From an uncultured Lachnospiraceae bacterium (GTDB taxonomy: Bacteria > Bacillota > Clostridia > Oscillospirales > CAG-272): a stretch of DNA of 52,175 bases. The notes beneath the pieces are model-generated. The model worked only from the letters and a program-made list of their open reading frames with translations. It made no database searches and was not told the origin of the DNA. Location: NCBI GenBank assembly GCA_964534905.1, contig CAZHPZ010000004.1, positions 1 through 52,175 on the forward strand, given 5' to 3'. Below, in pieces: positions 38,682-47,151 of the stretch; position 1 is the stretch's first letter, and the number at the start of each line of letters is the position of its first letter. The position numbers were made by a program, and so were the translations under genes.

Positions 38682-39733
38682 ATACGACCGCCTCCTCTAT
38701 TGAATCTTTTCGCAATATCGGTGTCCTTAATGAATGCACTCACAAGGTCTGCGAGTGTTTTTGAATCATTAAGTGAAATAATCTCGTTATATGTATGCAT
38801 ACTGACAAGGGGAAGACCCACGTCAACAGTAGGTATACCCTCTCTCGCAAGCTGAATCGAAGAGGCGTTTGTTCCCGTATAGGATGGAGAAACAGATATC
38901 TGATACGGTATTTCTTCTCTCTTGGCAATTTCAATAAGCATTTTTGTAAGAGCTCTGTCAGTTACAGCTGAAATCGTTATCGAGGGACCCTTCTCAAGCT
39001 CTACTGTTTCACTCGGGCTTATACCGGGAGCACGTCCGAGATTTACATCAATACTCATTGCATAATCGGCATTAAGAGCATATGCACCGGGAGCTACCAT
39101 TCCGGTTACCTCCTCACAGCATGAGAGCATAACATAAACATCACCCGCAAGCTCATCCTTCGGTGTATTGATAACCGCATAAAGAGCACAAGCGGCACAA
39201 GCCTTATCGTCGAAGCTCTTTCCCATAATTTTTCCGCCGAGCATTTCCGTATACTTGGGAGCAAATCCTATCGGAGTGCCTATCCTTATTTTTTCTTCAA
39301 GCTCTTCCTTGGTATAGCATGTATCTATAAGAAGCTCGTCCATCTTCGGAAGCGTTTTGTTGTCTCCCGTAGCGAGATGAGGCGGAGTTGATGCAATAAC
39401 TCCGAAAAGCTTTTCTTCCTTTCCGTAGATAATAACATCGCTTGCCTGAAGAATTCCCGTATCTATTCCGCCAATATTGGTAACACGCAAGAATCCGCCA
39501 TCAAGTATCTCTGTTACGTACATACCGATCTCATCCATATGTGCGTCGAGCATAATTTTAGGAGCGTTTTCTTTACCGCTTTTTTTGACGAAAATCTGGT
39601 TTCCTACATTATCAACATAATTTTCGTCAAATCCATCTGCGACAAGAGAAAGCAGCTTCTCTCTGTCGTATCTTTCAAATCCGCCTATACTCATAAGCGA
39701 TGAAAGATCGACGATAAGATCTTTAAGTTCCAT
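38678..39733 (-). CDS. M42 (TET) aminopeptidase, first in transcription order
   Basis: AHMDEIG, FDDKAC, CEEVTG, IDVN, TGTN and SMHT motifs; ATG 39733. Confidence 0.92.
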   Translation of the reverse strand: MELKDLIVDLSSLMSIGGFERYDREKLLSLVADGFDENYVDNVGNQIFVKKSGKENAPKIMLDAHMDEIGMYVTEILDGGFLRVTNIGGIDTGILQASDVIIYGKEEKLFGVIASTPPHLATGDNKTLPKMDELLIDTCYTKEELEEKIRIGTPIGFAPKYTEMLGGKIMGKSFDDKACAACALYAVINTPKDELAGDVYVMLSCCEEVTGMVAPGAYALNADYAMSIDVNLGRAPGISPSETVELEKGPSITISAVTDRALTKMLIEIAKREEIPYQISVSPSYTGTNASSIQLAREGIPTVDVGLPLVSMHTYNEIISLNDSKTLADLVSAFIKDTDIAKRFNRGGGRI

Positions 39734-39755
39734 ATTTTTCTCCAATCTATTTGAA

Positions 39756-41165
39756 CTATTTAAATTCATTTACTATTTTTTTAAATGTGTTTCCACGTTC
39801 GGCAAAGTTTCTAAATGCATCAAAGCTTGCACAAGCAGGCGATAAAAGCACAGTATCACCGTTTGTTGCAACACTTCTCGCCAACAAAACAGCACGTTCG
39901 AAATCCTTTTCTATATGTATCGTAATACCTGTATTTATAGCACGCAACTCTTCACATATTTTTTCAGCCGTTGCACCTGTCAGTATAACAGCCTTTGCTC
40001 TTTCATCAAGAGTTGCGGCGAGAGGTGCAAAAGGAATTTTTTTATCATATCCACCGCATATTACTATCGGTTTTTCCACAAGTGCGGATAACGCCGCCGC
40101 AGTCCTTGAGGGACTTGAATCTATTGAACTGTTGTAATATTTTACGCCCTCAAGCTCACGGACAAATTCGAGTCTGTGTTCAACTCCGCAAAAGCTCTCC
40201 GCAAGTTCTTTGATAGTATCTTTATTAACGTCCCCACACGTGAGAGATATGGCTGCCATATAATTTTCAATATTGTGAATTCCGGGAACACGTATATTCG
40301 ATGCATCAAGCAAGTACTCGCTTGCTCCCTCACAATATCTGAAAATACTTCCGTTTTTAAGATAAAATATGCTATTAGCATCCGGGCACTTTTTCAGAAT
40401 ATCGTCAAGCGATAGCTTTGCTGAAAATAAATTAATTTTTGATTTTGATTTTTGTGCAATGGAAAGACATATAGCGTCATTTGCATTTGTGGTCAATATT
40501 CGGGCACCGTTAGTGAAAATATTAGTCTTAGCAGAAATATATTCATTCATATCCCTATGCCAATCGAGATGATTAGGCGAAATATTCGTTATTACCGCTC
40601 TTTGAGGAGATTTTTTCATTGTAAAAAGCTGAAAGCTGGACAATTCAAGAACACATACATCTTTTTCGCACATTCGGTCAAGCTCCGAAAGGAGAGGATT
40701 GCCGATATTTCCTCCGACATACACTTTTCTGCTTGTACCCGAGAATGCCATAGAAAGCATTTTATATGTAATGGTGGTTGTAGTTGTTTTTCCGTCGCTT
40801 CCCGTTATTCCGATAACCGTAGCAGGTGTAAGCTCCATAAAAAGCTCCATTTCGGATGTAAGCTCCGCACCGCGCTTTACCGCTTCTACAATAGCCTTAG
40901 AATCCGGTCTTATTCCCGGAGAACGAAAAATGATATCTGCGTCAATATAATCGAGATATCCGTCTCCGGTAACAAATCTTACTCCGTGCTCCGACAACGC
41001 TTTTGCCCTCGAATCAAGTAAGGTAAGATCTGCTTTGTCGTAAACGGTAATTTCGTTTCCGCATTCAAGCAAAATCTCTGCAAGAGGAGCGTTTGAAATT
41101 CCGAATCCAAGTATCGCAACTCTCTTGTCACCTATTCTGTTTTTAATAATATCAGAGGTTTTCAT
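39756..41165 (-). CDS. murD: UDP-N-acetylmuramoyl-L-alanine:D-glutamate ligase
   Basis: RSPGI, GITGSDGKTTTT, GGNIG, LELSSFQL, NHLDWH and LLSPACASFD...RG motifs. Confidence 0.97.
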   Translation of the reverse strand: MKTSDIIKNRIGDKRVAILGFGISNAPLAEILLECGNEITVYDKADLTLLDSRAKALSEHGVRFVTGDGYLDYIDADIIFRSPGIRPDSKAIVEAVKRGAELTSEMELFMELTPATVIGITGSDGKTTTTTITYKMLSMAFSGTSRKVYVGGNIGNPLLSELDRMCEKDVCVLELSSFQLFTMKKSPQRAVITNISPNHLDWHRDMNEYISAKTNIFTNGARILTTNANDAICLSIAQKSKSKINLFSAKLSLDDILKKCPDANSIFYLKNGSIFRYCEGASEYLLDASNIRVPGIHNIENYMAAISLTCGDVNKDTIKELAESFCGVEHRLEFVRELEGVKYYNSSIDSSPSRTAAALSALVEKPIVICGGYDKKIPFAPLAATLDERAKAVILTGATAEKICEELRAINTGITIHIEKDFERAVLLARSVATNGDTVLLSPACASFDAFRNFAERGNTFKKIVNEFK

Positions 41166-41336
41166 AAATTCTCCACAGCAATAAAAGCATTCATTTATAT
41201 TATAGCTTTTTTTTGCCCGTTTTGCAATAGAATTTTAAACTTTATTCATTATTTTTCGAAAAAGCCCTTTTCAAATATGATTTTTTTTGATATAATTAGA
41301 GATAGTGTTACAGATAATAGCGATTTGGAGATAAAA

Positions 41337-43337
41337 ATGGCAAAAAGTAAAAAATCCACAGCTCAATACGATAATCAAAGCATTAAAGCGCTAAAGGGCG
41401 CTGACCGTGTAAGAATGCGTCCCGGTGTAATTTTCGGTTCTGACGGACTTGAAGGCTGCGAGCATTCATTCTTCGAAATTCTTTCCAACTCCGTTGATGA
41501 AGCACGTGAGGGACACGGTGAAATTATAAAGGTAACCGTATTTAAGGATCATTCGATAGAGGTGGATGACCATGGACGCGGAGTTCCCCTCGGATATAAT
41601 GAAGCCGAAGGAAGATGGAACTGGGATCTCATTTACTGTGAGCTTTACGCAGGCGGAAAATACGATAATAACAACGGAGATTCCGCATATGAATATTCCC
41701 TTGGCCTTAACGGACTCGGTGCTTGTGCTACGCAGTACAGCTCTGAATATATGGACGTTTATTCATATGACGGAGAAAATGTTCATTCGATACATTTCAA
41801 AAAGGGTGAACCCTCAAGCGAGCTTGAAAGCCGTGAGCTGACAAGAGGCGAAAAGCGTACGGGAACCGTCATACATTGGAAGCCGGATCTTGATGTATTT
41901 ACGGATGTCAATATTCCTCCGATATTTTTTGAGGAAACATTGCACCGTCAAGCGGTTATAAACTCGGGAATACAGTTTGATCTGTATATAGAGCAGGACG
42001 ACGGCAAATTTGAAAGCAAGTCATTCAAATACGAGAACGGCATTTCGGATTACGTTAAGGAAATGACCGGCGAGAGTGGCATGACAGAGCCTGTGCTTTG
42101 GCATCTCGAAACGCAGGGACGTGACAGGAACGACAAGGACGAATATAAGCTTAAGGCAGATTTTTCGTTCTGCGTTTCAAATACCGTAAACAAGCTTGAA
42201 TACTATCACAATTCAAGCTACCTTGAGCACGGAGGATCTCCGGACAAGGCGGTAAAAATAGCCTTTGTATACGCACTCGACAAATACATAAAGAATGCCG
42301 GAAAATACAATAAAACAGAAGCTAAAATACAGTTTGCCGATATATCTGACTGTCTTTGCTTGGTAATAAACAGCTTTTCTACAATGACATCCTATGAAAA
42401 CCAGACCAAGAAGTCCATCACCAATACCTTTATTTATGAGGCAATGGCAGATTTCCTTAAGAAAAATCTCGAAATATACTTTATGGAGCATCCTGTTGAG
42501 GCTGAACTTTTCGCCAATCAGGTTCTTCTTAACCGCCGTTCACGTGAAACCGCAGAGAAAACAAGAATTCAGCTTAAGGAAAGTCTTAAGAGTAAAATGG
42601 ACTTCGCTAATAAGGTTGAAAAATTTGTTAATTGCCGAAGCAAGGATCCTGCTGTCCGTGAGCTTTACATAGTTGAGGGAGATTCGGCTCTGACGTCATG
42701 TAAGCTCGGCAGAAATGCGGAATTTCAAGCTATAATTCCCGTCCGTGGAAAGACACTGAACTGCCTTAAAAGCTCTTATGAAAAGATATTCAAAAGCGAA
42801 GTTATCACGGACCTTCTCCGTGTCATCGGCTGCGGTGTTGAGATAAAGGGCAAGGTCAAGGGAAACATAGATCCGTTTGATATCAATGACTTAAAATGGT
42901 CAAAGATTATTCTTTGTACGGATGCAGATGAGGACGGATTCCAGATAAGGACTCTCCTGCTTACTCTCTTCTATCGTCTGCTTCCTACACTTCTTAAAGA
43001 ACATAAGGTATTTATTGCGGAAACGCCTCTTTTTGAAATCACCGTCAAGGATAAAACTTATTTTGCCTTTGATGAATTTGAAAAGGCGGAAATTCTTAAG
43101 AAGCTCGGAAACACCAAATATACAATACAGCGTTCCAAGGGACTCGGTGAAAATGAACCCGATATGATGTGGGAAACTACGATGAATCCCGAAACTCGAC
43201 GCCTTATATCGGTGGACCCTGCCGATCCGTATATGACAGAGGTAATATTCGAAACTCTTCTCGGTGATGATCTTGCAGCACGCAAAAAATTCATTGCAGA
43301 GCACGGAAGCGAATATATAAAGGATATAGATGTTTGA
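41337..43337 (+). CDS. Type IIA DNA topoisomerase subunit B (divergent GyrB/ParE-like)
   Basis: GHKL motifs EILSNSVDE, DDHGRGVP and AGGKY; TOPRIM motifs IVEGDSA, PVRGK, TDADEDG and KGLGE. Confidence 0.92.
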   Translation: MAKSKKSTAQYDNQSIKALKGADRVRMRPGVIFGSDGLEGCEHSFFEILSNSVDEAREGHGEIIKVTVFKDHSIEVDDHGRGVPLGYNEAEGRWNWDLIYCELYAGGKYDNNNGDSAYEYSLGLNGLGACATQYSSEYMDVYSYDGENVHSIHFKKGEPSSELESRELTRGEKRTGTVIHWKPDLDVFTDVNIPPIFFEETLHRQAVINSGIQFDLYIEQDDGKFESKSFKYENGISDYVKEMTGESGMTEPVLWHLETQGRDRNDKDEYKLKADFSFCVSNTVNKLEYYHNSSYLEHGGSPDKAVKIAFVYALDKYIKNAGKYNKTEAKIQFADISDCLCLVINSFSTMTSYENQTKKSITNTFIYEAMADFLKKNLEIYFMEHPVEAELFANQVLLNRRSRETAEKTRIQLKESLKSKMDFANKVEKFVNCRSKDPAVRELYIVEGDSALTSCKLGRNAEFQAIIPVRGKTLNCLKSSYEKIFKSEVITDLLRVIGCGVEIKGKVKGNIDPFDINDLKWSKIILCTDADEDGFQIRTLLLTLFYRLLPTLLKEHKVFIAETPLFEITVKDKTYFAFDEFEKAEILKKLGNTKYTIQRSKGLGENEPDMMWETTMNPETRRLISVDPADPYMTEVIFETLLGDDLAARKKFIAEHGSEYIKDIDV

Positions 43338-43371
43338 TTTTGAGATTTTTTGAAAAAATTCAAAAAAACAC

Positions 43372-43400
43372 TTGACAAATCTATTACTTTGTGTTAATAT
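43372..43400 (+). promoter_or_regulatory. Sigma-A promoter for tRNA-Arg
   Basis: TTGACA (43372), 17 bp, TAATAT (43395) with an upstream TG. Confidence 0.7.
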
Positions 43401-43427
43401 ATATGAGTGCTTGAAAGTCACTCATAT

Positions 43428-43504
43428 GTGCCATTAGCTCAGCTGGATAGAGTATTTGGCTACGAACCAAAAGGTCGGGGGTTCGAATCCCTCATGGCAC
43501 GCCA
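43428..43504 (+). tRNA. tRNA-Arg (anticodon ACG)
   Basis: GTGCCATTAGCTCAGCTGGATAGAGTATTTGGCTACGAACCAAAAGGTCGGGGGTTCGAATCCCTCATGGCACGCCA, 77 nt with encoded CCA. Confidence 0.97.
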
Positions 43505-43505
43505 G

Positions 43506-43539
43506 AAAAAGCAGATTGCTTACGCAATCTGCTTTTTTT
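43506..43539. terminator. Bidirectional terminator
   Basis: AAAAAGCAGATTGC-TTAC-GCAATCTGCTTTTTTT. Confidence 0.85.
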
Positions 43540-43564
43540 CTTTTGTTCTCTGCTTTGCAATTAT

Positions 43565-44422
43565 TTAATTTATGGGTTTTATACTTTTTATAACGAATCT
43601 TTTAACAAATATAATACAACTGCCTATTGCAATGCCTAAGACGCAGGATAATATCGATATTAACCATGACGCAACCGGTTCTGCAAAATAGTATGCGTCT
43701 TCTTTATTGATGATACTGTTTAGTACTATTGTAGAAATATAGTTTATACGTTCTCCGCTAACAAAAACAATGGGCAGAAGTATAAGTTTTCGATTTAATC
43801 CGACCTTAACTGTTGTAAATATAGAAATCAATGCCGGGATTAATATGCACAGCAAAAAGCTTCTGAAAATCAAACAGTATTCAAAATTTGTTACACTTTT
43901 GCCTAAAATCCAATAAAGTGCGGTAATTACAAGCATACTGCAAGCATAAACGGAAATAGCGATAACGCAATATCGTTTATTGATGTTAACTGAATTTTCA
44001 TATGTTGTTTTTTTAATAAAATCAATTAAATAATGAGCCGCAATTCCGGCTACAGATGAGCAAAAGCAGACTATTAAAGCAAACACCGCAAAATATGTGA
44101 TATCTGAGTTTCCGAAATGATTAAATAAATGACCGGAATCCGCAAAAAGCTTTAAGTCAAGCGTTAAAAGCCAGTTTAGAGCAAGCATTGCCGCCGATAC
44201 GATCGGAGAATAAAGCAAGTGTACGGATATTCCGCCGGATAGAGCGGATATCAGTGACGTCATTATCGGAATACTCAAGCTTGACATTACAAATAATGAA
44301 ATAACGTAGTATAAATTGGTATCTAACTTACATACCCAAAACAAGATGATCGCAAAAGCGGTCAGTGCTGCGGATAATCCATAAATTATTTTTTCGGCGA
44401 TCGAAGGTTTGGCGTTAAGCAT
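43565..44422 (-). CDS. Hypothetical ~8-TM membrane protein with an internal duplication
   Basis: AGGAGG RBS lies inside the upstream gene's 3' end; two similar hydrophobic halves. Confidence 0.78.
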   Translation of the reverse strand: MLNAKPSIAEKIIYGLSAALTAFAIILFWVCKLDTNLYYVISLFVMSSLSIPIMTSLISALSGGISVHLLYSPIVSAAMLALNWLLTLDLKLFADSGHLFNHFGNSDITYFAVFALIVCFCSSVAGIAAHYLIDFIKKTTYENSVNINKRYCVIAISVYACSMLVITALYWILGKSVTNFEYCLIFRSFLLCILIPALISIFTTVKVGLNRKLILLPIVFVSGERINYISTIVLNSIINKEDAYYFAEPVASWLISILSCVLGIAIGSCIIFVKRFVIKSIKPIN

Positions 44423-45680
44423 AATATTCATCCTCCTTTTTAAATTTGCACAAAGGTGTTTCTTGGTGTTCTGGAGTTAAAGCGTTAATAATAATATCTG
44501 AAAAGAGTCTTTGTTCACACTTAACACATTTGGTTAATGCTGAACTTCCATCTGAAATTCCTATACAATATTCTTTAGTTTTAATTCCGCAAGAGCATGT
44601 TTTGTAGTGATATTTACCGTCGTTGCAGGGAGAATAGATATAATTATGTGTATGTGCTGTGGAAATCTTATAATTGCATTCTTGACATATTTTATAGTCT
44701 CCAGACTCAATATATGTATGATTTTGGGTTATCACACTTCCGCAAGCACAGTATGTATAATGTGATATGCTGTCTTTAGCAACTATTTCATAAGAGTAAT
44801 CGTGAGATTGAAATAGATATCTATGACTGCAAACACTACATTGCTTGTAACAAGAATTTATCGTTTTAAATACGTGTGATTCTGTATATGAATTGCCATT
44901 ACATGTGAATTTATGTTCTGAAGTACCTGTAGATGAGACCATAGTACTATAATCGCTATGAAGTATAGGAAAATTGTACAAATAATCAGCTATTTCGCTT
45001 GGTAAAACAACACTACCACCACTTGCTAAATTATCATCAGAATCAAGATATATATTTTGATTATAATACGCCGCTCAAATAAGCTCTGAGCAATACCAAT
45101 TAGTATTATCATGTGTTGCATCTTTCGACACATCAACAAAATATTTTTTGTTGAATTCTTGTAAAGCCCAGTTGACCGCATTTTGTTTTTGTACTTCTGT
45201 AGCATTTGTTACCCTATAAATAATAACTTCTTTTTCAGTAAATCTTGTTGGTGTCAACAATCCATATGTTACACCTTCAGATGAAGCTTCAATAAGCAAT
45301 ACATAATATTGATCAAAATGTTCATCGTAAACTATGTCAACCACCATAGCAATATGCCCCACTATATCTCCAACAATACTTCCGTTTCGCTCGTAGACAA
45401 TATCTCCGGTTTTGAGATATGTGAGCAGTTCAGGCATGGATGAATAGTCTACTGAATGAGGCAAACTGGGGATTATACTTCTGTGGCTAATATCATACCA
45501 ATCTTCATCTTCGGGTTCTTCACCTCCAGATTTTTGTACAGAAACTTGTTCATCTGTAGAATAAAAGGAAAAATCATTTTCACTTGCCAAATTTTTTGCA
45601 TTCGATTTCAGGGGGATAAAAAATGTGAGCAAAATCAGAGATAAAAACACAATTGAACTGATAAAACGCTTTCTTAACAT
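44415..45680 (-). pseudogene. Secreted permuted NlpC/P60 (YiiX/YycO-like) protein with C-terminal His/Cys repeats, interrupted by one in-frame TGA (45075-45077)
   Basis: Signal peptide; LKTGDIVYE, GHIAMV, IEA and WYCSELI*AAYYNQNIYLD...VVLPSEI. The frame continues for 31 codons without a stop into ORF 44415-44981. Confidence 0.85.
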
Positions 45681-45715
45681 AATTAAGTCCTCCATAATAT
45701 TTATTTGGTAATTAT

Positions 45716-45744
45716 ATTATACAATAAAATATTTTAACTGTCAA
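45716..45744 (-). promoter_or_regulatory. Consensus sigma-A promoter for the NlpC/P60 gene pair
   Basis: Minus strand TTGACA (45744-45739), 17 bp, TATAAT (45721-45716). Confidence 0.75.
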
Positions 45745-45953
45745 TAGTAAATAGATTGCGAGATGCTTTTAGTTATTATATTGTGAATTTGCACAATTAT
45801 CGTATAATTACAACTCGCAATTCTTGAATAAGCAATAAGCATAATTGAGCCAGCAATTAATTTTACGAATACAAAAATTTAAAATCCCCTTTTATTTTTA
45901 AAAGAAATGTGATACAATGTAAGAAAGATTTTGTATAATTAGGAGAAACGGAT

Positions 45954-46958
45954 ATGTCATCATTTCCCTCATTGAATGAATTTTCGGAGCAAGTACAGCA
46001 GTTCGCTATTTATAAACGCACCATTCAGGGTTGCTCCGAAAAAACAGTTAACGAATATATGCTCGACCTTCGGACTTTTTTTAGATATTTGATAGCCACG
46101 GAGCGTGGAATAGATATAAAATCGGATGACTTCACAAAAATCGATGTCAGCGTTATAGACGTTGAATACCTTTCTAAAATTAAGACAGAGCAAATATACG
46201 AATTTCTCTTTTACACGGGAGATTCAAGGAACAATATGTGGAGTGCCAAGGCCCGTAAGCTTTCGGCAATTAAGGGACTTTATAAATACCTGACCATAAA
46301 GAAAAATTACTTTGAAGATAATCCTGCAATCAACATTGAATCTCCGAAGCCCAAAAAGACACTTCCGAAATTCCTCGATCTCGATGAATCAATGCTTCTG
46401 CTTGAGGCTATACAAAATGATCCCGAATCTACAACCAAGGAACGAGATTATTGCATAGTCACTCTTTTTCTTAACTGCGGTATGCGTCTTTCGGAGCTTG
46501 TCGGAATAAATCTTACAGATATAGACCGTGAGCTTCGTTCATTACGTGTACTCGGAAAAGGCAACAAGGAACGAATAATTTATCTTAATGAAGCCTGTCA
46601 AGCGGTGCTTAAGGACTATATTGCAATTCGAACATCGCCGAAATACGAAAACGTGCAAACAAAAGCACTCTTTTTGAGCCGTCTTAATAAAAGAATAAGC
46701 ACAAAAACAGTTCAATGGATGGTTTATAAATATCTCGATATGGCAGGATTTGAGGCAAAGCATTTCTCTGTACACAAGCTTCGCCACACCGCCGCAACAC
46801 TTATGTATCAAAGCGGTAACGTTGACGTTCGCGTTCTTAAGGATATTCTCGGTCACGAGCAATTAAACACCACGCAGATTTATACACATGTTTCAAATGA
46901 AAATATGCGCTCGGCAATGGAGCAAAATCCACTTTCGAAAATCAAAAAAGACAATTAG
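45954..46958 (+). CDS. xerC: XerC/XerS-like tyrosine recombinase (probably chromosomal)
   Basis: SEKTVNEYMLDLRTFF, ARKLSAIK, GMRLSEL, GKGNKER, HKLRHTAAT and LGHEQLNTTQIYTH motifs. Confidence 0.85.
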   Translation: MSSFPSLNEFSEQVQQFAIYKRTIQGCSEKTVNEYMLDLRTFFRYLIATERGIDIKSDDFTKIDVSVIDVEYLSKIKTEQIYEFLFYTGDSRNNMWSAKARKLSAIKGLYKYLTIKKNYFEDNPAINIESPKPKKTLPKFLDLDESMLLLEAIQNDPESTTKERDYCIVTLFLNCGMRLSELVGINLTDIDRELRSLRVLGKGNKERIIYLNEACQAVLKDYIAIRTSPKYENVQTKALFLSRLNKRISTKTVQWMVYKYLDMAGFEAKHFSVHKLRHTAATLMYQSGNVDVRVLKDILGHEQLNTTQIYTHVSNENMRSAMEQNPLSKIKKDN

Positions 46959-46960
46959 TC

Positions 46961-46994
46961 AGAAAATGAGCAGGGTTATCCCTGCTCATTTTCT
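46961..46994 (+). terminator. Rho-independent terminator
   Basis: AGAAAATGAGCAGGG-TTAT-CCCTGCTCATTTTCT. Confidence 0.8.
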
Positions 46995-47008
46995 ATATTC
47001 TCAAACTA

Positions 47009-47026
47009 TTGATAATTTTTTCACAA
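47009..47026. promoter_or_regulatory. Putative Rex operator upstream of rnf
   Basis: TTGATAA-TTTT-TTCACAA compared with the Rex consensus TTGTGAA-N4-TTCACAA. Confidence 0.6.
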
Positions 47027-47083
47027 TACACAAATTTGACAACAAAATAACAATCTTTTTTGTACATTTTGTTGAAAAATCGG

Positions 47084-47112
47084 TTGACATTTGAATATTA
47101 CTTTGATATAAT
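47084..47112 (+). promoter_or_regulatory. Sigma-A promoter of the rnf operon
   Basis: TTGACA, 17 bp, TATAAT with a TG extension. Confidence 0.8.
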
Positions 47113-47151
47113 AATTGCGTATGTATAAATTGATTTGAAGGAGTGACTGAT

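Noticed and set aside
45075-45077. Selenocysteine at the in-frame TGA
   Set aside because: The codon aligns with the conserved Trp, not the catalytic Cys five codons earlier, and I see no SECIS-like hairpin after it.
43428-46958. tRNA-Arg-anchored integrative element mobilised by the XerC-like gene
   Set aside because: I found no repeat of the tRNA 3' end, and the recombinase looks like the conserved chromosomal clostridial Xer.
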